This document shows positions 1-7,617 of a stretch of DNA of 30,659 nucleotides, piece by piece; position 1 is the first letter of the stretch, and each line of letters begins with the position of its first letter. This DNA is from an uncultured Desulfobulbia bacterium (GTDB lineage Bacteria; Desulfobacterota; Desulfobulbia; Desulfobulbales; BM004), in the NCBI GenBank assembly GCA_964460745.1, contig CAYWUR010000001.1, positions 1-30,659 of the forward strand. Direction: 5' to 3'. A program made the position numbers and the translations under genes. Under the pieces are notes generated by a model, which searched no databases, was not told where the DNA came from, and saw only the letters and a program-made list of their open reading frames with translations.

Positions 1-119
1 CTCCGGATGTGCCCCAGGTTCGTTCGTTTTGACCTCCGATGCGTACTCCCTGTACATGAGGAGGGTAAAACGGACGAGGTAAGCGCAGACTCCGAGATGG
101 GGTGCAGCTGAATAGTTAC
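1..119. mobile_element. Partial copy (left end outside the window) of a miniature inverted-repeat element (MITE), IS66-like ends
   Basis: 1-119 matches 3001-3119 at 114/119 positions (differences at 30, 56, 66, 67, 107) and ends in the same terminal motif CTGAATAGTTAC (108-119). Confidence 0.8.
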
Positions 120-334
120 TGGCTAAGTAAGAATTTCGATATACAAGCAGTAAGAGCCACTCTACCAAAAACCGGAAAATCAGTAAACCATAAGCTTACC
201 TGCCGACAATACTTTAGCTGTAAGCGACCACGAGTCCACCAACTTTCGTATTTTAAATTGAAAAAAACCCAAAAAGATAGTCCACTACTATGATACCATT
301 TGTTTAGAACTGATTGACGGGGTTTTATCTTCTT

Positions 335-2245
335 ATGAAAAAAATTGTCCATTTTCTTCCCGATGATATCAAAATCACGGTGGAGGAAGGAGAAAATCTG
401 CTGAACGCCGCCGCCGCCGCCGGCGTTTATATTCACGCCTTCTGCGGCGGCGACGGCGTTTGCGGGAAATGCAAAGTCAAGATCGAAAAAGGCGAGGTGG
501 CCGCGGAGCAGGCGTCACGGCTTAAAAGCAGCGAGCAAAAAGAAGGCTTGCGGCTGGCATGCAAATCCAGGGTGGTCACGGATCTCGTGGTCCGTATACC
601 TGAACAAATCAAGGCGCAGGGCAAGACTTTAAAAAGAAAGCCCAAGACAACCCGCGCCATATCCGCCCGCTCGCTGCATGACCTGGTCGGTCAATGGCAG
701 GTGGACCCTCCCGTTATCAAGCAATTTTTGCAACTTGAGCCGCCGGCCGTGGAAGACAATCTTGCCGACATGGAACGCCTTATGCAAGCGCTTAAAAAAA
801 TATATCCGGGCGGCAAGGAACCCTCCTACGATCACCCGGCGCTTTTAAAAGAGCTGCCCTTTACTCTGCGCGAGAGCAACTGGCGGGTCACGGTTATCCT
901 GCTGCACGGCAAGTATGCGGAAGAGCCGGACAGAATTATAGCCGTGGAACCGGGCGACACCACAAACGCCCTCTATGGCCTGGCGGTGGATATCGGCACG
1001 ACGACGATCTGTGGGGTGCTGCTTGATCTGAACAAGGGCGGAATCATTGCCGACGCCTCCGGTTACAACGCCCAGATAGGCTACGGCGAGGATGTCATCT
1101 CGCGGATCATATATTCCCAGAGGCCCGGCGGCCTCAAAGCCTTGCAGGAAAAAGTAGTCCACACCATCAACAACGTAATCGAAACCGTCTGTAGGAAAAT
1201 GCTGATCAGCCCCAGCGATATCAGCTACATCATGGCGGCCGGCAATACTATCATGTCTCATCTGCTGCTCGGTCTCAACCCCAAATTTATCCGGGAAAGT
1301 CCTTATACGCCGACCTGCAGCCAGTTCCCGCTTTCCAGGGCGGCGGCCCTGGGTATTGCCGCCCATCCATCGGTACGTCTTTTTCTCTATCCCGCCGTGG
1401 CAAGTTATGTGGGGGGCGATATCGTTGCCGGCGTCCACGCCTGTCAGATGCATAAAAGTCCGCGGATCACCTTGTTCATCGATATCGGCACCAACGGTGA
1501 AATCGTGATCGGCAATAAGGATTGGATGGTCTGCGCGGCCTGCTCGGCCGGGCCGGCCTTTGAGGGCGGCGGCATCAAACACGGCATGCGGGCCAGCAGC
1601 GGGGCAATTGAAAATTTCCATATCCATCCGCAGACCCTGGACCCCATGATCATTACCATAGGCCACACAAAACCGCGCGGTATCTGTGGTTCCGGTTTGA
1701 TCAGCATTGTTTCCGAACTTCTAGAGGCGGAGGTTATCGACCAGCGGGGTAAGTTCAACCGCCGCCTGGACCACCCCAGGGTAAGGGAAGGCGAAGACGG
1801 CTATGAATATGTACTTGCCTGGGCCAAGGACTCGCTGCTCGGTGAAGACCTTGTGATTACCGAGGTAGATCTCGACAATCTCATCCGGGCTAAAGGCGCA
1901 ATGTACGCCGGTTATCAGACCCTGTTGGAATCGGTCGGCATGAGCTTTAAGGACCTTGACCGGGTGATCCTGGCCGGCAATTTCGGCGCCTTTATCGATC
2001 TTGAACAGGCAATCAGTATCGGGCTGCTGCCGGACATCGACCGGCAAAAATTTTACTATCTGGGCAATGCCTCATTGATGGGGGCGCAGATCAGCCTTAC
2101 TGATCACAAGCGTTTCCGGGAACGGACGGCGGTCCGCAATCTGCTGACCAATATGGAGCTCAGCGAAAATCCTCAATTCATGAATCATTATATGGCGGCC
2201 CTCTTTCTGCCTCATACCGACATGAGTTTATTCCCTTCGGTGTAA
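335..2245 (+). CDS. ASKHA-domain reductive activator of corrinoid proteins (RACo/AcsV-like, DUF4445) with N-terminal [2Fe-2S] ferredoxin domain
   Basis: N-terminal CGGDGVCGKC...C ferredoxin motif; ASKHA motifs LAVDIGTTT and FIDIGTNGE; GICGSG and LAGNFG motifs. ATG at 335 preferred over the ORF-track start at 314. Lies near an acsE-like gene. Confidence 0.9.
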   Translation: MKKIVHFLPDDIKITVEEGENLLNAAAAAGVYIHAFCGGDGVCGKCKVKIEKGEVAAEQASRLKSSEQKEGLRLACKSRVVTDLVVRIPEQIKAQGKTLKRKPKTTRAISARSLHDLVGQWQVDPPVIKQFLQLEPPAVEDNLADMERLMQALKKIYPGGKEPSYDHPALLKELPFTLRESNWRVTVILLHGKYAEEPDRIIAVEPGDTTNALYGLAVDIGTTTICGVLLDLNKGGIIADASGYNAQIGYGEDVISRIIYSQRPGGLKALQEKVVHTINNVIETVCRKMLISPSDISYIMAAGNTIMSHLLLGLNPKFIRESPYTPTCSQFPLSRAAALGIAAHPSVRLFLYPAVASYVGGDIVAGVHACQMHKSPRITLFIDIGTNGEIVIGNKDWMVCAACSAGPAFEGGGIKHGMRASSGAIENFHIHPQTLDPMIITIGHTKPRGICGSGLISIVSELLEAEVIDQRGKFNRRLDHPRVREGEDGYEYVLAWAKDSLLGEDLVITEVDLDNLIRAKGAMYAGYQTLLESVGMSFKDLDRVILAGNFGAFIDLEQAISIGLLPDIDRQKFYYLGNASLMGAQISLTDHKRFRERTAVRNLLTNMELSENPQFMNHYMAALFLPHTDMSLFPSV

Positions 2246-2351
2246 GCGGTCACAGGGCACACCTGCTGCGAACGATCGGCAAGCCTTATGTAGCACCAGT
2301 ACACGGCGTCTTGCCGATCGTCCACATCAGGCGCACCCTGTAACCACTTAC
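2242..2351. mobile_element. 110-bp palindromic element with GTAA...TTAC ends (probable degenerate IS66-type MITE or REP-like element)
   Basis: Arms 2241-2283 and 2310-2352 are inverted repeats matching at 35/43 positions. Begins GTAAGCG and ends CACTTAC. No target duplication visible. Confidence 0.55.
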
Positions 2352-2468
2352 AGTTTTTACGTAAGATTCAGGCATGTTGCTCACACTGTGATCGGTTACC
2401 CTTCGGTTAACTCCGGATCGGCGGCCTGAAAAGGCCGAAAAATTCAAGCTAAAAAAAGGTATTTGAAA

Positions 2469-2846
2469 ATGTCCGACAAAAAAACCCCAAAAGAACGGCG
2501 GCAGCATAAAAGATACAGCGTCAAAAGCTGTTCTTTCAGCGCAAAGTCTAAATTCGGAGAAATCGTTGACATAAGCATCGGCGGACTTGCCTTTACTTAT
2601 ATTGACAGAGGTGAATGGAAAAAGGAATCACTCGAATTGGGCGTCTTGTTCGGCAATGATGAATTATGCTTAAGCGATATACCATTTAAAATAATTTCCG
2701 ATTGTGCCATAGGTTCCGGTTTATCAATGATCAGAAGATGCGGCATACAATTTGAGGCGCTGACCCCCGCTCAGATTTCTCAGCTGGAATATTTTATCTG
2801 GATCAACACAAAAGCTGTTGATCGAGTAGAAGAACATAATGCTTGA
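2469..2846 (+). CDS. Stand-alone PilZ-domain protein (putative c-di-GMP receptor)
   Basis: RxxxR motif (RQHKR) followed by D/NxSxxG motif (DISIGG); C-terminal RCGIQF...L...Q...L pattern; about 125 aa. Confidence 0.85.
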   Translation: MSDKKTPKERRQHKRYSVKSCSFSAKSKFGEIVDISIGGLAFTYIDRGEWKKESLELGVLFGNDELCLSDIPFKIISDCAIGSGLSMIRRCGIQFEALTPAQISQLEYFIWINTKAVDRVEEHNA

Positions 2847-2849
2847 TTA

Positions 2850-2878
2850 TTGACAACCTGCCTGTTACACGCTATTTT
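2850..2878 (+). promoter_or_regulatory. Putative sigma70 promoter for the acsE-like operon
   Basis: Consensus -35 TTGACA (2850-2855), 17-nt spacer, -10 TATTTT (2873-2878, TAnnnT). Confidence 0.55.
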
Positions 2879-2926
2879 TGCAATTTTAACTTATCACGGA
2901 ATACAAGTGTCCAAGACAGTAAAAAC

Positions 2927-3119
2927 GTAACTATTCAGCAAAGGCAACAAATTACCATAAACTCGTACCCATAACTGTTCAGGTAAGCGAGTTCACGAGA
3001 CTCCGGATGTGCCCCAGGTTCGTTCGTTTCGACCTCCGATGCGTACTCCCTGTACGTGAGGAGGGCGAAACGGACGAGGTAAGCGCAGACTCCGAGATGG
3101 GGTGCATCTGAATAGTTAC
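2927..3119. mobile_element. Complete 193-bp MITE with 12-bp terminal inverted repeats and 8-bp target-site duplication (IS66-family-like, non-autonomous)
   Basis: TIR GTAACTATTCAG (2927-2938) / CTGAATAGTTAC (3108-3119); flanking direct repeat GTAAAAAC at 2919-2926 and 3120-3127; second copy at 1-119. GTAA ends with 8-bp duplications are the established IS66 signature. Confidence 0.85.
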
Positions 3120-3145
3120 GTAAAAACAAGCAAAGGAGAGCAAAA

Positions 3146-4042
3146 ATGTCGCAAAAAGTTTTAGGAATTGCTGAAAGTATAAATATAATGGGCAAACGAA
3201 GCGGCGCCGCCATGAAGGAAAGAAATCCCGCTCCGGTACAGGAGATGGCTAAGGAAGAAATCGCGGCCGGCTGCCATTATCTGGATTTGAATATCGGTCC
3301 CGCCCGGAAAGACGGCGTGGAGTTGCTGCCCTGGGTGGTGGAAACCGTGCAGGCGGCGTCGGATGCGCCGCTCTGTCTGGATACCACCAATACCGACGCC
3401 ATGGCGGCTGGTTTTAAGGCCGTCAAAAACAAAGACGTCGCGATCATGAATTCCATATCGGCCCAGCCCGAGCGTATGGAAAAATTAATACCCACTGCCG
3501 CCGAAACAGGCTGCAAGGCAATCGCGCTCCTCTGGGGGCCGGACGGCATGCCCAGGGATTCGAACGAGAGAGCGGCCATGGCCGTTGATCTTATGATGGC
3601 CTTGAATGAGGCGGGCATTCCCAATGAAAAAATCTTGTTCGATCCTATTGCCACGCCCATTACCCTGGGACCCGACCAGATCGCTTCCGGCCTGGAGTTC
3701 ATGAGCATGCTGGCGGATATCGCCCCCGGCGCCGGCTCCACCGTCGGTCTTTCCAATGTCTCCAACGGCGTGGATGAAAGTCTGCGCAAATATCTGGATC
3801 GCACCTACATGATAATGCTGATGAAGTATGGCATCAGCACCGCCATTGTAAACGCTTATGACTCTGAGTTGATGGCCATTATCAACGGACAACGGCAGAA
3901 TCTGGTGGACATGGTCCACAACATGATGGATGGCAATGAACCCGACCCCGCCACGCTTGATGCCGCCGCCCTTGAGCATTACAAGACATACAAGACCCTG
4001 TCGGGACAAACCGTCTTTTCCGAGTCCTGGCTGAAACTATAA
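3146..4042 (+). CDS. acsE: Methyltetrahydrofolate:corrinoid Fe-S protein methyltransferase (AcsE/MeTr-like, pterin-binding DHPS fold)
   Basis: IAESINIM start, YLDLNIGP, LCLDTTN, IMNSIS, LFDP and GLSNVSNG motifs of the MeTr/pterin-binding family; RBS AAGGAG upstream; RACo gene nearby. Confidence 0.8.
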   Translation: MSQKVLGIAESINIMGKRSGAAMKERNPAPVQEMAKEEIAAGCHYLDLNIGPARKDGVELLPWVVETVQAASDAPLCLDTTNTDAMAAGFKAVKNKDVAIMNSISAQPERMEKLIPTAAETGCKAIALLWGPDGMPRDSNERAAMAVDLMMALNEAGIPNEKILFDPIATPITLGPDQIASGLEFMSMLADIAPGAGSTVGLSNVSNGVDESLRKYLDRTYMIMLMKYGISTAIVNAYDSELMAIINGQRQNLVDMVHNMMDGNEPDPATLDAAALEHYKTYKTLSGQTVFSESWLKL

Positions 4043-4079
4043 TGGCCTGATACAGATTAAATCTGAAAGGGGGGCGCTC

Positions 4080-4658
4080 ATGGCCGATATCCCCTCGCAT
4101 CATCTCATTTACGGAACCTGCACGGATTTTGTCACCGGTGAAAACATTGTTGACACCGATGATGAACGATACCGCCAGAAAATTGCCCGTTTTCTGGTCA
4201 GGGAGAAAGGCTACGAAAAAAACGATCTCGAGATGCGACGCAAGATCGAAACCCTGTTCGCCAAACAGTTTGTCGTCTCCACTATCGACATTATCTTAAA
4301 AATGGCGGGCAAACGGTTCATGATCATCCGTTACGGCCCCGGCTCGCTTGTAACCCGGGAAAGACCGGCCATTGCGGCGGCCCGGGTTCTGGAGCCTTCC
4401 TACCAGATTCCCCTGGCAACGGTAACCAATGGCGAAGATGCCGAAATCATTGACACATACAACGGCAAAGTGCTGGGACGCGGCCTGGACGGTATTCCCT
4501 CCAAACAGCAGGCCGCATCGAGGATAGACTCTTTACGGTTTATCCCTTTCATTGATAACGCCAAAAAAGAACGGGAACTGCGTATTCTGAACGCCTTTGA
4601 TTTAGAGATCTGCTGCGCGGGTCCACTTTGCGCCCTGCCCCACGCCAAAGAGGGCTAG
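4080..4658 (+). CDS. Stand-alone type I restriction enzyme HsdR N-terminal-like (PD-(D/E)xK fold) protein
   Basis: DDERYRQKIARFLVREKGY...IDII...ATVTNG pattern resembles HsdR_N_2-type small proteins; no helicase motifs; 192 aa. Confidence 0.6.
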   Translation: MADIPSHHLIYGTCTDFVTGENIVDTDDERYRQKIARFLVREKGYEKNDLEMRRKIETLFAKQFVVSTIDIILKMAGKRFMIIRYGPGSLVTRERPAIAAARVLEPSYQIPLATVTNGEDAEIIDTYNGKVLGRGLDGIPSKQQAASRIDSLRFIPFIDNAKKERELRILNAFDLEICCAGPLCALPHAKEG

Positions 4659-4677
4659 GAGCAAAAGGATAAAACTT

Positions 4678-6027
4678 ATGAAAAACAATGCCACAACCTG
4701 GCACAAATCAAGCTGGCGACAATTACCGGCCATGCAGCAGCCGGCCTGGCCTGATCCCGATGAACATCGCACGGTTCTTGAAGCAATTGAACTCTTGCCG
4801 CCCCTGGTTTTTGCCGGTGAAATCCGGGCCTTGAAAAGCGCGTTGGCCCAGGCGGCGGCCGGTGAGGCCTTTCTTCTGCAAGGCGGTGACTGTGCTGAAG
4901 ATTTTGCCAACTGCAAGGCCGATATGATCAGGGATCATTTAAAGGTCATCCTGCAGATGGCGGTAATTTTAACGTATGCCGGCGGCAAACCGGTTATCAA
5001 GGTAGGCCGGATAGCGGGGCAGTATGCCAAGCCGCGCTCCAGCGATACCGAGACCGTCAACGGCGTCGAGATGCCAAGCTATCGGGGCGACATGGTCAAC
5101 AGCGCCGAACCGGCCATGCCTGCCCGGCTGGCTGACCCGCAAAGGCTGCTCAAGGGTTACTTCCTGGCGGCCTCCACCATGAACCTCCTCCGGGCCTTTA
5201 CCAGGGGCGGCTACGCGGCCTTGCACCGGGTCCATGCCTGGAACAACGAATTCATCAAAAAGTCGCCCATGGGCAGATCGTACGAGCGCCTGGCCAAGCA
5301 GATAAGCCAGGCTATAAATTTTATGAAGGTGATCGGTCTGAATACCGACATACCGCAGTTAAATCAGGCGACCTTCTTCACCTCCCATGAAGCTCTGCTC
5401 CTCGGTTACGAGGCGGCCCTGACCCGCCTGGATTCAACCACAGACAAATGGTATGACTGTAGCGCGCATATGCTCTGGATAGGGGACCGAACCCGCCAGG
5501 TAAACGGCGCCCATGTTGAGTTTCTGCGCGGCGTCCTAAATCCGATCGGCATAAAAATCGGCCCGAACCACGATCTGGAAGAGATCAAGCAGTTACTTAG
5601 CCGGCTTAACCCGGAGAATGAGCCGGGCCGTTTGACGCTGATCACCCGTTTGGGGGTCAACAGGATTGAAAAATATTTACCGCCGCTGATCAGGGCGATA
5701 AAAGAAGAAGGGTATAATGTGGTCTGGAGTTGTGATCCAATGCACGCCAACACCTATACGGCGGCATCAGGCCACAAGACCAGAAATTTTGATGAAATTA
5801 TCCAGGAGCTCCAGTCTTTTTTTGAAATTCATTGGGCGGAAGGCACGATTCCCGGCGGTGTTCATTTCGAATTAACCGGCGACAATGTCACCGAATGCAT
5901 CGGCGGGGCTCGAAACATCACGGATCATCAGCTGCACAAAAATTATCTGACAAACTGTGACCCGCGGTTGAATGCGGAACAAAGTCTGGAACTGGCTTTT
6001 CGGATTGCGGAAATGATCAGAACATAA
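4678..6027 (+). CDS. 3-deoxy-7-phosphoheptulonate (DAHP) synthase, class II
   Basis: LPPLVFAGE, LLQGGDCAE, GRIAGQYAKPRS, TSHEALLL, LWIGDRTRQ, CDPMHANT and CDPRLN motifs. Confidence 0.95.
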   Translation: MKNNATTWHKSSWRQLPAMQQPAWPDPDEHRTVLEAIELLPPLVFAGEIRALKSALAQAAAGEAFLLQGGDCAEDFANCKADMIRDHLKVILQMAVILTYAGGKPVIKVGRIAGQYAKPRSSDTETVNGVEMPSYRGDMVNSAEPAMPARLADPQRLLKGYFLAASTMNLLRAFTRGGYAALHRVHAWNNEFIKKSPMGRSYERLAKQISQAINFMKVIGLNTDIPQLNQATFFTSHEALLLGYEAALTRLDSTTDKWYDCSAHMLWIGDRTRQVNGAHVEFLRGVLNPIGIKIGPNHDLEEIKQLLSRLNPENEPGRLTLITRLGVNRIEKYLPPLIRAIKEEGYNVVWSCDPMHANTYTAASGHKTRNFDEIIQELQSFFEIHWAEGTIPGGVHFELTGDNVTECIGGARNITDHQLHKNYLTNCDPRLNAEQSLELAFRIAEMIRT

Positions 6028-6089
6028 TCCTGAATCCGTGACGTTCGTCCCGGCCGGCGGGATGCGGCGGCAACAACGGATTCAGGATT
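6026..6089. terminator. Long inverted repeat between convergent DAHP synthase and purF genes (probable bidirectional terminator or REP-like hairpin)
   Basis: Perfect 14-bp arms AATCCTGAATCCGT (6026-6039) / ACGGATTCAGGATT (6076-6089), with an inner TCCCG/CGGGA stem. No U-tract. Confidence 0.5.
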
Positions 6090-6092
6090 GTA

Positions 6093-7499
6093 TCAACCAA
6101 GGGACAGCTTCGTAAAAGACATATCCGGCGGCACGGGATAATCGCCGTTAAAGCAGGCCAGACAAAAACAGGCGCTGGATCGTTCCGTGGCCTCGACCAG
6201 GCCTTCCAGGCTTAGATAATATAGAGAGTCCAGGTCGAGATGACGGCGGATTTCTTCCACAGACTTGCTGGAAGCAATCATTTCACCGCGGGAAGAAAGA
6301 TCGATCCCATAATAACAAGGATTCCTGGTCGGCGGACAGCTTACCAGCATATGCACCTCTTTAGCCCCGGCCGCCCTTAAGGCGCGAACCCTGCTACGCC
6401 CCGTCGTGCCCCGGATGACGGAGTCCTCGACAATGATCACCCTTTTATCCTTGAGAAAGGACCTGACGGGATTAAGCTTCACCCGGACGGCAAATTCCCG
6501 CATGGACTGCGTTGGCTGAATAAAAGTACGTCCCACGTAATGATTACGTATTACCCCCATCTCCAAGGGAATACCCGAGGCCTGAGAATAGCCGATGGCG
6601 GCATAATTACCGGAATCGGGAAAGGGCATGACAAAATCACCTTCTATTCGGCATTCCCTGGCCATAATGCCGCCCATTCGTTTTCGGCACGCATAGACGT
6701 TAAAACCGAAGATATCACTATCCGGTCGGGCAAAATAAACATGCTCGAAGATACAGAAGCTTTGCCGCTGCCGGGGCCACGGGAATATGGATTTGAGGCC
6801 GTTCCGGTCGATTATCAGAACTTCGCCCGGTTCCACATCCCGGATATATTTTGCCTCTACCAGGTCAAGGGCGCAGGTCTCCGAGGCAACGATATGCGAA
6901 CCGTTATTAAGCCTGCCTAAACATAACGGCCGAAACCCTCCAGGATCGCGAATCGCCACCAACCGGTCCTGCGTCATAAGCAGAAGCGAATAAGCGCCCT
7001 TTATCTCTGAAAACGCTTTTTTAACAGCTTCTTCCAGCCCCTGGTGAATATTACGGGCCAGCAGATGAACCACCACTTCGCTGTCCATCGTCGATTGAAA
7101 AATCGAACCTTTGTTTTCCAGCTTATCACGCAAGGCCCTGGCATTTACAAGATTGCCGTTATGCGCCACCGACAGGGTATGGCCCTGATGGGTAACTTTA
7201 AAAGGCTGGGCATTAATGATGTTGGAAGAACCCGTCGTGGAGTAGCGGACATGCCCGATCGCCAGATGCCCCTTAAGACTTTGCAGGATGTCCTCATTAA
7301 AAACTTCGGGCACCAGCCCCATGGCATTATGCTGCAAGACCTGCCGGCCATCGGAAGTTACGATGCCGCAGCTTTCCTGGCCTCGATGCTGCAAGGCGTA
7401 TAAACCGAAATATGTCAGCCTGGAGGCGTCCTCATGTCCGAATATCCCGCAGACGCCGCACTCATCTCTGGGGCGGTCCGGACTTTTGTTGCAAACCAT
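6093..7499 (-). CDS. purF: Amidophosphoribosyltransferase (propeptide, Fe-S type)
   Basis: Propeptide followed by ECGVCG, LQHRGQES, GHVRYSTTG, HNGNLVN and PRPP motif IVEDSVIRGTT; Cys motifs CIFE, CYYGID, CLAC. ATG at 7499 preferred. Confidence 0.95.
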   Translation of the reverse strand: MVCNKSPDRPRDECGVCGIFGHEDASRLTYFGLYALQHRGQESCGIVTSDGRQVLQHNAMGLVPEVFNEDILQSLKGHLAIGHVRYSTTGSSNIINAQPFKVTHQGHTLSVAHNGNLVNARALRDKLENKGSIFQSTMDSEVVVHLLARNIHQGLEEAVKKAFSEIKGAYSLLLMTQDRLVAIRDPGGFRPLCLGRLNNGSHIVASETCALDLVEAKYIRDVEPGEVLIIDRNGLKSIFPWPRQRQSFCIFEHVYFARPDSDIFGFNVYACRKRMGGIMARECRIEGDFVMPFPDSGNYAAIGYSQASGIPLEMGVIRNHYVGRTFIQPTQSMREFAVRVKLNPVRSFLKDKRVIIVEDSVIRGTTGRSRVRALRAAGAKEVHMLVSCPPTRNPCYYGIDLSSRGEMIASSKSVEEIRRHLDLDSLYYLSLEGLVEATERSSACFCLACFNGDYPVPPDMSFTKLSLG

Positions 7500-7617
7500 A
7501 AAAAATTCCTTTTTAAATATCAGATTAATATTGCGCCGAGAGTACAATTACGTCCGTCAAAAGCGAAAGATTTCATCTTATAATCCTTTTTAAAAAATAA
7601 AAAAATCTTTTTTGTAA

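Noticed and set aside
102-436. Short ORFs 102-293 (+) and 116-436 (-)
   Set aside because: No recognisable motif; they overlap the MITE end or the RACo start in an AT-rich intergenic region.
2248-2290. CACAGGGCACACC resembles the start of a c-di-GMP-I (GEMM) riboswitch upstream of a PilZ gene
   Set aside because: The GNRA-capped P2 and the GGGACGCAAAGCC core are missing, and the sequence is fully explained as one arm of the long inverted repeat.
2422-2437. GAAA-capped hairpin CGGCCT/AGGCCG as a terminator
   Set aside because: No U-tract follows it on either strand; it is one short stem with no further support.
1-3119. The two MITE copies are offset by exactly 3000 nt, suggesting an assembly or windowing artefact
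   Set aside because: The copies differ at five positions and have different right flanks, so they are distinct insertions. The round offset is treated as coincidence; a contig starting inside a repeat is common.
2935-3213. 92-aa minus-strand ORF across the MITE as a possible mini-transposase
   Set aside because: It starts inside acsE on the opposite strand, has no DDE or helix-turn-helix features, and is far too short.
4080-4658. A type I restriction-modification defence system
   Set aside because: No hsdM, hsdS or helicase domain is present and the catalytic motif appears degenerate.
6104-6118. GCTTCGTAAAAG, which I recall as similar to ends of other deltaproteobacterial palindromic repeats
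   Set aside because: It lies within the purF C-terminal coding sequence and has no partner end nearby.
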